Assembly (NCBI GenBank): GCA_910577335.1
Contig: CAJTMJ010000016.1
Span: 15,842-79,841 of the forward strand
Source of the DNA: an uncultured Duncaniella sp.
GTDB lineage: Bacteria > Bacteroidota > Bacteroidia > Bacteroidales > Muribaculaceae
Direction of reading: 5' to 3'
Length of the DNA: 64,000 bases
This document shows, piece by piece, positions 56,206 to 64,000 of this stretch (the first letter of the stretch is position 1; each line of letters begins with the position of its first letter). The position numbers and the translations under genes are program-made. The notes under the pieces were generated by a model that made no database searches, was not told where the DNA came from, and saw only the letters and a list, made by a program, of their open reading frames with translations.

Positions 56206-57021
56206 TTATTCAGCTGCTTCAGCTGTTTCGGCGGGAGCTGCCTCGGTGTTGTCCTTGCGGTTAACACGACGACGTTCGCGACGGGGAGCAGCCTCAGAGT
56301 TCTCTGCAGAAGCTTTTTCGTCAGCCTTCTCTACCTTACGTTCCTCAAGACCTTCGTTGATAGAATCACATACGGTGTTAAGGATGATTTCGATTGACTT
56401 TGATGCGTCATCGTTTGCGGGGATAACGAAGTCAACGTTGTTGGGGTCAGAGTTGGTGTCAACGATACCGAAAACGGGAATGCCGAGACGGTTAGCTTCA
56501 GCTACAGCGATGTGTTCCTTAGCCACGTCGATAACGAAGAGGGCAGAAGGAAGACGGTTAAGGTCAGCGATAGAACCGAGGTTCTTTTCAAGTTTAGCGC
56601 GCTGACGAGTGATCTGAAGCTTTTCACGCTTTGAAAGGTTGTCGAATGTGCCGTCCTTGGTCATCTTGTCGATAGAAGCCATCTTCTTCACAGCCTTGCG
56701 GATAGTGGGGAAGTTGGTGAGCATACCACCGGGCCAGCGTTCGATAACGTAGGGCATGTTAACGCTTTCAGCCTTGTTGGCAAGGATTTCCTTAGCCTGC
56801 TTCTTAGTGGCAACGAAAAGGATTTTTTTGCCACCCTTAGCTATGTTGCGGAGAGCTGCAGCAGCTTCTTCAAGCTTAGCCTGAGTTTTATAGAGGTCAA
56901 TGATGTGGATACCGTTACGCTCCATGAAGATGTAAGGAGCCATTGCAGGATTCCATTTTCTTTTCATGTGGCCAAAATGGCAACCTGCTTCGAGGAGTTG
57001 GTCAAATGTAGGAGTTGACAT
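56206..57021 (-). CDS. rpsB: 30S ribosomal protein S2
   Basis: 271-aa ORF with LLEAGCHFGH...WNPAMAPYIF typical of S2. An acidic/basic C-terminal tail is present. The rpsB-tsf order is conserved. Confidence 0.97.
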   Translation of the reverse strand: MSTPTFDQLLEAGCHFGHMKRKWNPAMAPYIFMERNGIHIIDLYKTQAKLEEAAAALRNIAKGGKKILFVATKKQAKEILANKAESVNMPYVIERWPGGMLTNFPTIRKAVKKMASIDKMTKDGTFDNLSKREKLQITRQRAKLEKNLGSIADLNRLPSALFVIDVAKEHIAVAEANRLGIPVFGIVDTNSDPNNVDFVIPANDDASKSIEIILNTVCDSINEGLEERKVEKADEKASAENSEAAPRRERRRVNRKDNTEAAPAETAEAAE

Positions 57022-57138
57022 GAGTTTTGATAAGGTTGTTTACGTTCTTTGAAAATTTACAATCAGAGAGTAGGGAACGTGTCCATCTCAATGATTTAGA
57101 TACTAAACACTTGAGGAGAAAGATAAAATAAGAAAATA

Positions 57139-57525
57139 TTAACGCTTTGAGAACTGGAAGCGCTTGCGTGCTTTGGGACGACCGGGCTTTTTGCGTTCTA
57201 CAACGCGCGGGTCGCGAGTCATGAAGCCTTCCACACGGAGTGTGTGCTTGTCCTCGGGGTTGATTTTAACGAGAGCGCGGGCGATGGCGAGACGGAGAGC
57301 CTCAGCCTGTCCTTTGTAACCGCCACCGTCAAGGTTAACCTTGATGTCATACTTCTCAGCAGCATCGAGAGTAGTGAGCGGCTGCTTTACGATATACTGA
57401 AGGATGGAAGAGGGGAAATATACATCCAAGGGGCGCTTGTTGATGGTGATTTGCCCGTTACCTTCTTTTACAATGACGCGAGCCACAGCGGCTTTACGGC
57501 GACCTACTGCATTAACTGATTCCAT
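57139..57525 (-). CDS. rpsI: 30S ribosomal protein S9
   Basis: 128-aa ORF ending ...KPGRPKARKRFQFSKR, the canonical S9 C-terminus. Confidence 0.97.
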   Translation of the reverse strand: MESVNAVGRRKAAVARVIVKEGNGQITINKRPLDVYFPSSILQYIVKQPLTTLDAAEKYDIKVNLDGGGYKGQAEALRLAIARALVKINPEDKHTLRVEGFMTRDPRVVERKKPGRPKARKRFQFSKR

Positions 57526-57532
57526 TCTTCAA

Positions 57533-58012
57533 TTATTTAATTTTATTAATGTCGATAACTACGGGATTCTGTGCTTCGTGGGGATGGTTGGGACCATTGT
57601 ACACGTGCATGTTTTCGATGATGCGGCGTCCGAGGCTGTTTTTAGGAAGCATACCCTTCACAACCTTGATGAACAAGGGGTGGTAGCCAGGTTTTACATG
57701 CTTGTTGAATGATTTCTTCATCATGATCTCGGGAGTTGCAACACGCTGTCCGCCGGGATAGCCGGTGTATGACAGATATTCGCGTCCAGTCCACTTGTTA
57801 CCGGTCAGACGAACTTTGTCTGCGTTGATAACGATCACGTTGTCACCACATTCGATGTTGGGTGAATAGCTGGGCTTGTTTTTGCCACGGAGAATAAGAG
57901 CGATTTTAGCGCAAAGACGACCGAGCACCTGATCGGTAGCGTCAACGACAACCCAATTGTGTTCAACGTTTTGAGCGTTGGGGGTAAGGGTCTTGTAGCT
58001 TAAAGTATCCAC
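57533..58012 (-). CDS. rplM: 50S ribosomal protein L13 (GTG start)
   Basis: 159-aa ORF beginning MDTLSYKT...WVVVDATDQVLGRL, typical of L13. The start codon on the minus strand reads GTG. The rplM-rpsI order is conserved. Confidence 0.95.
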   Translation of the reverse strand: MDTLSYKTLTPNAQNVEHNWVVVDATDQVLGRLCAKIALILRGKNKPSYSPNIECGDNVIVINADKVRLTGNKWTGREYLSYTGYPGGQRVATPEIMMKKSFNKHVKPGYHPLFIKVVKGMLPKNSLGRRIIENMHVYNGPNHPHEAQNPVVIDINKIK

Positions 58013-58121
58013 GTTAAATGTTTAATTAATAGAAAGTTACTTAATGATTGCACCATGCGTCGGCTTGGCCAAAAGCGTAGGCATGAGGCGATCGGGTTTA
58101 TTAATTGGACATAATCGGACT

Positions 58122-58129
58122 GCAAAGGT
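58122..58129 (-). promoter_or_regulatory. Candidate -7 box (TACCTTTG) for rplM-rpsI
   Basis: TAnnTTTG match on the minus strand, about 110 nt upstream of the rplM start. This implies a roughly 100-nt leader. Confidence 0.35.
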
Positions 58130-58349
58130 AGTGATTTCTTGTTAATTAACAAAGAATGTTTATGATTTTTTAACAAATTGTGCTGCTCTTTCCGAATGAC
58201 TTACAATCGGAAGTGAGTCGGGTGTTGGGACTCCGATTTATTATAATATAAGGTGGTAAAGTTTCAATTTGGAATATATGCTGCTTACGGCGTTCTCAGG
58301 ACGCTTGTTTATGGGGCAAAGTATATTTTGGCGTTTGTTAAATAATCCT

Positions 58350-58357
58350 TACTTTTG
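58350..58357 (+). promoter_or_regulatory. Candidate -7 box (TACTTTTG) for the YitT-family gene
   Basis: TAnnTTTG match 21 nt upstream of ATG 58378. Confidence 0.4.
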
Positions 58358-58377
58358 CGATGAAAAATTAAGTAACT

Positions 58378-59337
58378 ATGCATTTGACAGGAAAACAAAT
58401 GTGGATGTCGAGCCGTGACTACGTTATGATAGTGCTCGCAGCCTTAATCTATGGTTTTGGTTTCTCGGCTTTTATTTTGCCGGAGAAGGTGGTGATCGGC
58501 GGTGTGACCGGTCTCGGTACGATTGTATATTTCCTCACCAACAACACTTACTCCATCGGTCTCACGCAGTATGCCATCAACCTTGTGTTGCTTGCCATTG
58601 CGTGGCGTGTTGTCGGCAGGGCATTTGTGCTTAAGACCATATTTGGTGCCACAGCCATATCGCTTGTGGTAACATTCATGCCTTCGCTGTTCGACGGACC
58701 TCTCGTTCCGGGTCAGCCTTTTATGAATGTGTGTATAGGCGGTATACTTTCAGGTATAGCCTTGGGTATAGTCTTTATTAATAATGGTAGTACCGGTGGC
58801 ACCGATATTGTGGCGGCTATCGTGGCTAAAAAGACTAATGTGACCGTGGGACGTACGATGCTGTATGTGGACTTTGCCATTATTTCATCTTCGTATTTGT
58901 TTTTCCATGAGATTTCACGTGTGGTTTACGGTTTTGTGGTATTGTTCATCACTACCTATATGGTTGACCTCATGATCAACACCAATCGTCAGGCTGTGCA
59001 GTTTACCATTGTGTCAAAGAAATGGGATAAGATTGCCACTGCGGTCAATAATCATGCACGGCGCGGAGTGACAGTGATTGACGGTATGGGCTGGTATACA
59101 AAACAGCCGATGAAGGTGCTTCTGGTTGTGTGCAGAAAGATAGAGTCAGTGACAATTTTTCGTATCGTGAAAAGCATTGACCCTCACGCATTCATCACGC
59201 AGGGTAATGTTAACGGTGTTTACGGGCAAGGATTCGATCAGATAAAACTTAAGAATGACAATAAGCTTAACAAACAGCTTCATGATGAGGTAGGAGACGA
59301 TGACGATGCGATCGAGTCTGCCGAAGGTCATGCGTAA
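58378..59337 (+). CDS. YitT-family membrane protein (DUF2179 C-terminal domain)
   Basis: 319-aa ORF with 5-6 TM helices (GGVTGLGTIVYF..., GGTDIVAAIV) and a C-terminal soluble DUF2179-like domain (VTVIDGMGWYT...). Confidence 0.85.
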   Translation: MHLTGKQMWMSSRDYVMIVLAALIYGFGFSAFILPEKVVIGGVTGLGTIVYFLTNNTYSIGLTQYAINLVLLAIAWRVVGRAFVLKTIFGATAISLVVTFMPSLFDGPLVPGQPFMNVCIGGILSGIALGIVFINNGSTGGTDIVAAIVAKKTNVTVGRTMLYVDFAIISSSYLFFHEISRVVYGFVVLFITTYMVDLMINTNRQAVQFTIVSKKWDKIATAVNNHARRGVTVIDGMGWYTKQPMKVLLVVCRKIESVTIFRIVKSIDPHAFITQGNVNGVYGQGFDQIKLKNDNKLNKQLHDEVGDDDDAIESAEGHA

Positions 59338-59416
59338 GATTTTTACGATTGTTTCGATTTTTTATCTTTTTTATCAAGCCAAATGTTAAAATTTTTGGAT
59401 ATTTCTAAAAAAGTAG

Positions 59417-59424
59417 TAACTTTG
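59417..59424 (+). promoter_or_regulatory. Orphan candidate -7 box (TAACTTTG) with no annotated gene downstream
   Basis: TAnnTTTG match in the 285-bp gap after the YitT gene. A 7-bp hairpin, an 18-codon ORF and a terminator follow it. Confidence 0.3.
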
Positions 59425-59556
59425 TGGCGAATAGAAATATTCGCATCCCTATAACCCCTGCTTTATCTTATTCTAATGATTTTGTTTATGGATATTTGGA
59501 TTGTCTATGATTCACTTATTTTTTTAAGATAAATGCGATGTTATAATCTTGTGAAA

Positions 59557-59594
59557 TAAAAAAGGAGCGACGCTTGAAGCATCGCTCCTTTTTT
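59557..59594. terminator. Bidirectional intrinsic terminator (spt-like gene on the minus strand, orphan transcript on the plus strand)
   Basis: aaaaaaggagcgacgc-ttgaa-gcatcgctcctttttt. The 10-bp stem has one mismatch. A-run and T-run flanks make it a terminator on both strands. Confidence 0.6.
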
Positions 59595-59622
59595 ATGGGG
59601 TTGGCTTTGTAGGAAAGCCTTA

Positions 59623-60810
59623 TCAGGGGATGAGCTGATATTTACGGAATACCTTGGCGATAGTTTCAAGCGCGCGGTCAACCTGTGCCATAGAGTGTGT
59701 CGCCATAAGGCTGAATCGAATCAGTGTGTCCTGAGGAGCAACAGCCGGAGAAACTACCGGGTTCACAAAGATACCCTCGTCAAGAAGGTCGCGGGTGATT
59801 GCAAATGTCTTGAAATCGTCGCGTATGAACAATGGGATGATAGGTGTGGATGTGTTGCCTATCTCAAGTCCGAGTGAGCGGAATCCTTCAAGAGCATGGT
59901 TGGTGAGCTTCCAAAGGGTTTCCTGGCGTTCAGGCTCTTTCTCCATAATGTCAAGGGCGGCAAGAGCTGCTGCCGTTGACGCCGGAGTTATACTTGCGGT
60001 AAATATATATGAGCGTGAGTGGTGGCGGAGGAAGTTGGTCACATCTTTATTTGTGGCTATGAAACCTCCGAGTGAAGCGAACGACTTGGAGAATGTACCC
60101 ATGATGAGATCCACGTCGTCAGCCACGCCATAATGATGGCATACGCCACGACCGCCGGGTCCGAAGACGCCTATACCGTGGGCTTCGTCAATCATTATGC
60201 TTGCGTCATATTTCTTTGCGAGAGCTACCATCTCCTTAACGTTGGCAACGTCGCCTTCCATAGAGAATACACTGTCGCTGACTATCAGTTTAACTTTGTC
60301 GGGGGCACACTTCTGGAGCTGCTTTTCAAGCGACTCCATGTCGTTGTGCTTATATTTGAGCTGCTGGCTGAACGAAAGACGTCTGCCTTCGATTATGGAT
60401 GCGTGGTCTTGTTCGTCCCAAAGGATGTAATCCTCGCGACCTGTCAATGATGAAACCACACCAAGGTTTACACCGAAACCGGTAGAGTAGATCATCACAT
60501 CTTCCTTGCCCATGTATTCAGCCAATCTGGCTTCAAGCTTTTTGTGTAGGTCGAGTGTGCCATTCAGAAACGGTGAGCCGGCGCATCCTGTGCCGTATTT
60601 CTTTGTCGCTTCAATGGCGGCTTCTTTAATGCGGGGGTCGTTGACGAGACCTGTGTAGCAGTTGGAGCCAAACATCAACACCTTTTTCCCGTTGATAATC
60701 ACTTCCGGATCCTGCTCGCTGGAAATGGCGCGAAAGTAGGGGTAAACTCCGGCTGCCTTGGCTTCCTGAGGGGCGGTGTAGGTGGCTAATTTCTTTTGTA
60801 GTAAGTTCAT
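59623..60810 (-). CDS. spt: Alpha-oxoamine synthase family PLP enzyme, most likely serine palmitoyltransferase (sphingolipid synthesis)
   Basis: 395-aa ORF with a PLP-Lys region (GTFSKSFASLGGF). The stretch RRLSFSQQLKYKHNDMESLEKQLQKC...SMEGD closely resembles, from memory, Bacteroides/Porphyromonas Spt rather than BioF or Kbl. Confidence 0.8.
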   Translation of the reverse strand: MNLLQKKLATYTAPQEAKAAGVYPYFRAISSEQDPEVIINGKKVLMFGSNCYTGLVNDPRIKEAAIEATKKYGTGCAGSPFLNGTLDLHKKLEARLAEYMGKEDVMIYSTGFGVNLGVVSSLTGREDYILWDEQDHASIIEGRRLSFSQQLKYKHNDMESLEKQLQKCAPDKVKLIVSDSVFSMEGDVANVKEMVALAKKYDASIMIDEAHGIGVFGPGGRGVCHHYGVADDVDLIMGTFSKSFASLGGFIATNKDVTNFLRHHSRSYIFTASITPASTAAALAALDIMEKEPERQETLWKLTNHALEGFRSLGLEIGNTSTPIIPLFIRDDFKTFAITRDLLDEGIFVNPVVSPAVAPQDTLIRFSLMATHSMAQVDRALETIAKVFRKYQLIP

Positions 60811-60859
60811 AATAATGTCAAACGAATCTGCATGAAATAATCTTTCCGATTGCAGGGTG

Positions 60860-60867
60860 CAAATTTA
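60860..60867 (-). promoter_or_regulatory. Candidate -7 box (TAAATTTG) for the spt-like gene
   Basis: TAnnTTTG match on the minus strand, 50 nt upstream of the start at 60810. Confidence 0.4.
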
Positions 60868-61004
60868 GATAATTTATTTCACATTTTTACACACTTTGTG
60901 CTATAATTTATTGTTAATTATACAAAACGGGGCTGTTTTGTGTAAAATTGTCGCTTTTTTGCGTCGAAATAGCGTCGTCTGCTTCAAATACGAGCTATTT
61001 TTGT

Positions 61005-61012
61005 TAATTTTG
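61005..61012 (+). promoter_or_regulatory. Candidate -7 box (TAATTTTG) for the acyltransferase gene
   Basis: TAnnTTTG match 28 nt upstream of ATG 61040. Confidence 0.4.
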
Positions 61013-61039
61013 CAAATCTAATTAATTTATAATTGATAT

Positions 61040-61903
61040 ATGGACGAAAAGTCAGTAATCAACGATGAAGCCAAGCCGGTAAAACGTACTGTGCTCGATT
61101 ATGATGATATAGTGAAAATGGTGCCATTCTTCAAAGGCAAACGTAAACTCGTTAATTTCCTGATGAAGCTTTTGGCGATTGATAAGGTCAACTGGATTCA
61201 TGATCATAATTTCGACACTCCCGGACCGCAGTTCTGTCACGGGCTTCTCAAGGATTTGAATATAAAATTACGTATCGATAACGAGGAGGTGCTTGATAAT
61301 CTACCTGAAGGGGCTTTCATAACCGTGAGCAATCACCCGTTTGGCGCATTAGACGGGATCACGCTTATTGATATAGTTGGCAGCCGTCGTCCCGGATTTA
61401 AGGTTATGGTTAATATGATATTGAATTATATCGTCGCCATGCGCCCGAATTTCATAGCTGTTGACCAAGCTGCAAGCGAGGATCCCAATAAGAAAGCTGT
61501 CTCCATGCAGGGTATAAAGGAGGCTATACGTTTGGTGAGAAGCGGTCAGCCTGTGGGATTCTTCCCGGCAGGGGCTGTTTCGAACTATAATCGTCACTTG
61601 AGATTTGAGGATAGAGAGTGGCGTCCATCGATAGTGCGTTTGATACAGCAACTAAAGGTGCCTGTGATCCCGATCTTTTTCCATGGATATAATAGCTGGT
61701 GGTTCAGATTCCTTGGCATTGTAAGCTGGCAGTTGCGCACATTGCGTCTCCCCGGAGAAGTGTTCCGCCGTAAGAACGACACGCTTCATATTTCAGTTGG
61801 CAATCCGATTTCAGTAGAGGAGATTAAGGAACACAGCGGTTCGGTCGAGGAGCTTGGGGCATATCTCAAAGCCAAGACATACGAATTGCAAAAGATTAAA
61901 TAG
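61040..61903 (+). CDS. Lysophospholipid (PlsC/OlsA-like) acyltransferase family protein
   Basis: 287-aa ORF with the HX4D acyltransferase motif (VSNHPFGALDG) and a downstream FPAG motif (GFFPAGAVS). Confidence 0.75.
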   Translation: MDEKSVINDEAKPVKRTVLDYDDIVKMVPFFKGKRKLVNFLMKLLAIDKVNWIHDHNFDTPGPQFCHGLLKDLNIKLRIDNEEVLDNLPEGAFITVSNHPFGALDGITLIDIVGSRRPGFKVMVNMILNYIVAMRPNFIAVDQAASEDPNKKAVSMQGIKEAIRLVRSGQPVGFFPAGAVSNYNRHLRFEDREWRPSIVRLIQQLKVPVIPIFFHGYNSWWFRFLGIVSWQLRTLRLPGEVFRRKNDTLHISVGNPISVEEIKEHSGSVEELGAYLKAKTYELQKIK

Positions 61904-61918
61904 CTTTTTATAATTGTG

Positions 61919-63175
61919 ATGGAGCTTAATCTACAGGATTATCCTCAGGAGGTGATACAAGCGAAGCAGCGGTTTGGAATTGTGGGTAATTCCCCGGGTC
62001 TGCTTGCGGCGGTGCAGCGTGCCGTGCAGGTTGCGCCGATAGACCTTTCTGTGCTGATAACAGGGGAGAGCGGAACGGGCAAGGAGTTTTTCCCGAAAAT
62101 CATACATGGGTTCTCTTCGCGAAAACATTCGAAATATATAGCTGTGAACTGCGGTGCGATACCCGAAGGGACTATAGATTCCGAATTGTTCGGACATGAG
62201 AAGGGGGCGTTTACCGGAGCTGTTTCGTCTCGTAAGGGATACTTTGAGGAGGCGGATGGCGGCACTATATTTCTTGATGAAGTGGCAGAGCTGCCGTTAA
62301 CCACACAGGCAAGATTGTTGCGTGTGCTCGAAAGCGGTGAGTTTATCAAGGTGGGTTCTTCCACTGTGCAGCGTTCAAACGTGCGTATAGTGGCGGCTAC
62401 AAATGTTGACATGGCTAAGGCTGTTGCCGAAGGTCGGTTTAGAGAGGATTTGTATTACCGCCTTTCTACTGTGTCGATACATATACCACCCTTGCGTGAC
62501 AGGGGGAATGACATAGTGCTTCTCGCTCGTAAGTTTGCCGCTGATTTTGCCGAGCGTTATTCGATGCCCTCGGTTTCGTTCGACGATTCAGCCCGCTCGT
62601 TACTGCTGCATTACCGCTGGCCCGGAAATGTCCGACAGCTTAAAAATGTGATAGAGCAGGTGGCTCTGTTTGATGCCGGAAACAGTGTAGGTTCCGATGC
62701 CCTTGAATCATACATACCGCAGGCATCCATGAGCTATGCGCCGACAGTGACAACGGGTGATCAGATGCATAATTATACGTCTGAACGAGACGCGCTTTTC
62801 AGCATGATATTCCGTTTGCAAAAGCAGATAGAAGTGCTTAACGCAAGGCTCGATGAAATGTCGGGCGGGAATATGGTTAACGAGGTGTCGGTTTACCGTT
62901 CGGTGGAAAATGTGGTGCCTTCGTCGGAGACCACACGCTCGATTGTGAAATTCCAGCCGTTTGCATCGTCGCTCCGACGTGCCGAGGATGGAGCTGAGTG
63001 TGCCGACGTTTCCAATGCTTCGGTAGCTGCTCCGGCTACGCTTGAAGATACGGAAAAGGAGACAATACGTCGTGCGCTTGAGCGTAACGGTGGGCGCAGA
63101 AAAGCAGCCGCTCGAGAGCTTAACATCTCCGAGCGGACACTGTATAGGAAAATTAAAGAGTACGGTATAGAGTAA
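61919..63175 (+). CDS. Sigma-54-dependent transcriptional activator (AAA+ plus Fis-type HTH, no N-terminal sensory domain)
   Basis: Walker A (GESGTGKE), the GAFTGA sigma-54 contact loop, Walker B (LFLDEV) and a C-terminal HTH (ISERTLYRKIKEYGI). The AAA+ core begins about 20 residues from the N-terminus. A GTG at 61916 is an alternative start. Confidence 0.85.
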   Translation: MELNLQDYPQEVIQAKQRFGIVGNSPGLLAAVQRAVQVAPIDLSVLITGESGTGKEFFPKIIHGFSSRKHSKYIAVNCGAIPEGTIDSELFGHEKGAFTGAVSSRKGYFEEADGGTIFLDEVAELPLTTQARLLRVLESGEFIKVGSSTVQRSNVRIVAATNVDMAKAVAEGRFREDLYYRLSTVSIHIPPLRDRGNDIVLLARKFAADFAERYSMPSVSFDDSARSLLLHYRWPGNVRQLKNVIEQVALFDAGNSVGSDALESYIPQASMSYAPTVTTGDQMHNYTSERDALFSMIFRLQKQIEVLNARLDEMSGGNMVNEVSVYRSVENVVPSSETTRSIVKFQPFASSLRRAEDGAECADVSNASVAAPATLEDTEKETIRRALERNGGRRKAAARELNISERTLYRKIKEYGIE

Positions 63176-63202
63176 GTGTGTGAGGAGAGGGAGCGATATT
63201 GA

Positions 63203-64000
63203 TTATTGTTCAAGTATTCTTATAACACGTACGCCGTTGACGGTTCTGTTTTTTCTAAGATATTCACTGAGGGGGAGGCGGTCAATCACCACCTTCCCTT
63301 CTTTCATTGATGCATGCATCAGATGTGGGATCCCATCTTCAAATACGATTATGCCGAGGTGGCTCACGTCAAGACCCTCTGTTTTTGTTGTAAGGGCTAC
63401 GATGTCACCTTCCTTTAGCATTTTTGCCGCATTTTTGCCAAGCAGGGCATTGCTCTTTATGTAGGGATAGCGATGGGAGCGATATCCTACCTCCATGCTC
63501 TTTATGCGTTCATATTCCAACGAGTCGCTAAGCGCGGGGTAATTGTCCCTGTGGCGAGACATGTAATCAAGGGTCTTTATCTGATATGACGGATTTGACA
63601 GGCGGTCTGTGACATCACGGATGAATCCCTTGTGCGCATTTGTCACAATCCAGTCGCTTATATAGTGGATTCGTGAAGCATATCCGTCAACTTTGCCTTG
63701 ACGATAACGCATTTTTTCAAGATTGTGCACGAAGTCCTGCCATGAGTTCCTGCGTTCACCTATTGTGACCGCCATAGCTGATACCACATCTATATATGTG
63801 GTGCAATCCAGTTCGTCAACATTTACTGTCAGCATCTCGGGTACGCCTTCGAGTGTCCCGGCTGCGTAGGGGGTGCCGATGAACTGTTTGCCGATGAATG
63901 CTACAACTTGGTTGGGGTCTTTTGCGTTTAGCTCTGATGCCGATATTAGTATTGATGTGATCTTTGTAGTGTCAGTTGATTCATTGTGCCACCTGATCTC
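63203..64000 (-). CDS. DUF1460 (N-acetylmuramoyl-L-alanine amidase-like) domain protein, 5' end outside the window
   Basis: I translated the frame upstream of the listed Met (63835). It stays open to the window edge: ...SASELNAKDPNQVVAFIGKQFIGTPYAAGTLEGVPEMLTVNVDELDCTTYID.... The FIGTPYxxGTLE and DCTTY motifs fit DUF1460. Confidence 0.7.
   Translation of the reverse strand, partial: EIRWHNESTDTTKITSILISASELNAKDPNQVVAFIGKQFIGTPYAAGTLEGVPEMLTVNVDELDCTTYIDVVSAMAVTIGERRNSWQDFVHNLEKMRYRQGKVDGYASRIHYISDWIVTNAHKGFIRDVTDRLSNPSYQIKTLDYMSRHRDNYPALSDSLEYERIKSMEVGYRSHRYPYIKSNALLGKNAAKMLKEGDIVALTTKTEGLDVSHLGIIVFEDGIPHLMHASMKEGKVVIDRLPLSEYLRKNRTVNGVRVIRILEQ

Noticed and set aside
63836-63973. Apparent in-frame stop upstream of the listed Met of the DUF1460 ORF, suggesting a pseudogene or frameshift
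   Set aside because: This was my own indexing error, a dropped base at 63901. The corrected translation is open to the window edge and includes the conserved FIGTPYAAGTLE motif, so the gene is simply truncated by the window.

Overview
The window looks like a chromosomal segment of a Bacteroidales genome. The evidence is SusC/SusD pairs, a hybrid two-component regulator, lipoprotein signal peptides, a thrA-apgM-thrC layout, and many TAnnTTTG -7 promoter boxes. Family or genus cannot be assigned from the sequence alone.

Gene content, in order:
- 1-5.9 kb: an accessory cluster of two tandem phosphatidylserine-decarboxylase-family (pyruvoyl-type) paralogs, a GadC-like APC amino-acid antiporter, an MFS transporter and an outer-membrane beta-barrel.
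- 6-11.3 kb: an iron-type alcohol dehydrogenase and the methylmalonyl-CoA mutase subunits (mutA, mutB).
- 11.7-34.7 kb: a large polysaccharide utilisation locus. It holds an esterase, HTCS regulator, GH43, GH42, GH2, GH29, a SASA-type esterase, SusC, SusD, an IPT/TIG surface protein and a BACON-GH5.
- 34.8-44.3 kb: a GYF/TM2 protein, the threonine operon, a Nudix hydrolase, and a histidine kinase with a double alpha/beta hydrolase.
- 44.3-49.7 kb: DUF3237, an AAE-family transporter, hcp and a K/E-rich hypothetical. This segment is bracketed by two copies of a 192-bp inverted-repeat element.
- 49.7-64 kb: PBP1A, an SDR, a LytS/LytTR-type two-component pair, tsf-rpsB and rpsI-rplM, YitT, a serine-palmitoyltransferase-like alpha-oxoamine synthase divergent from a PlsC-like acyltransferase, a sensor-less sigma-54 activator, and a partial DUF1460 gene.

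No rRNA, tRNA, CRISPR array, transposase or integrase was recognised.

The two most interesting items:
1. The PSD-like decarboxylase, antiporter and porin cluster, which reads as a putative undescribed amino-acid decarboxylation/antiport module.
2. The structured 192-bp repeat, which sits in two 5' leaders and shows pairing-preserving substitutions between copies.

All family calls come from motif recognition by eye. No database search was run.
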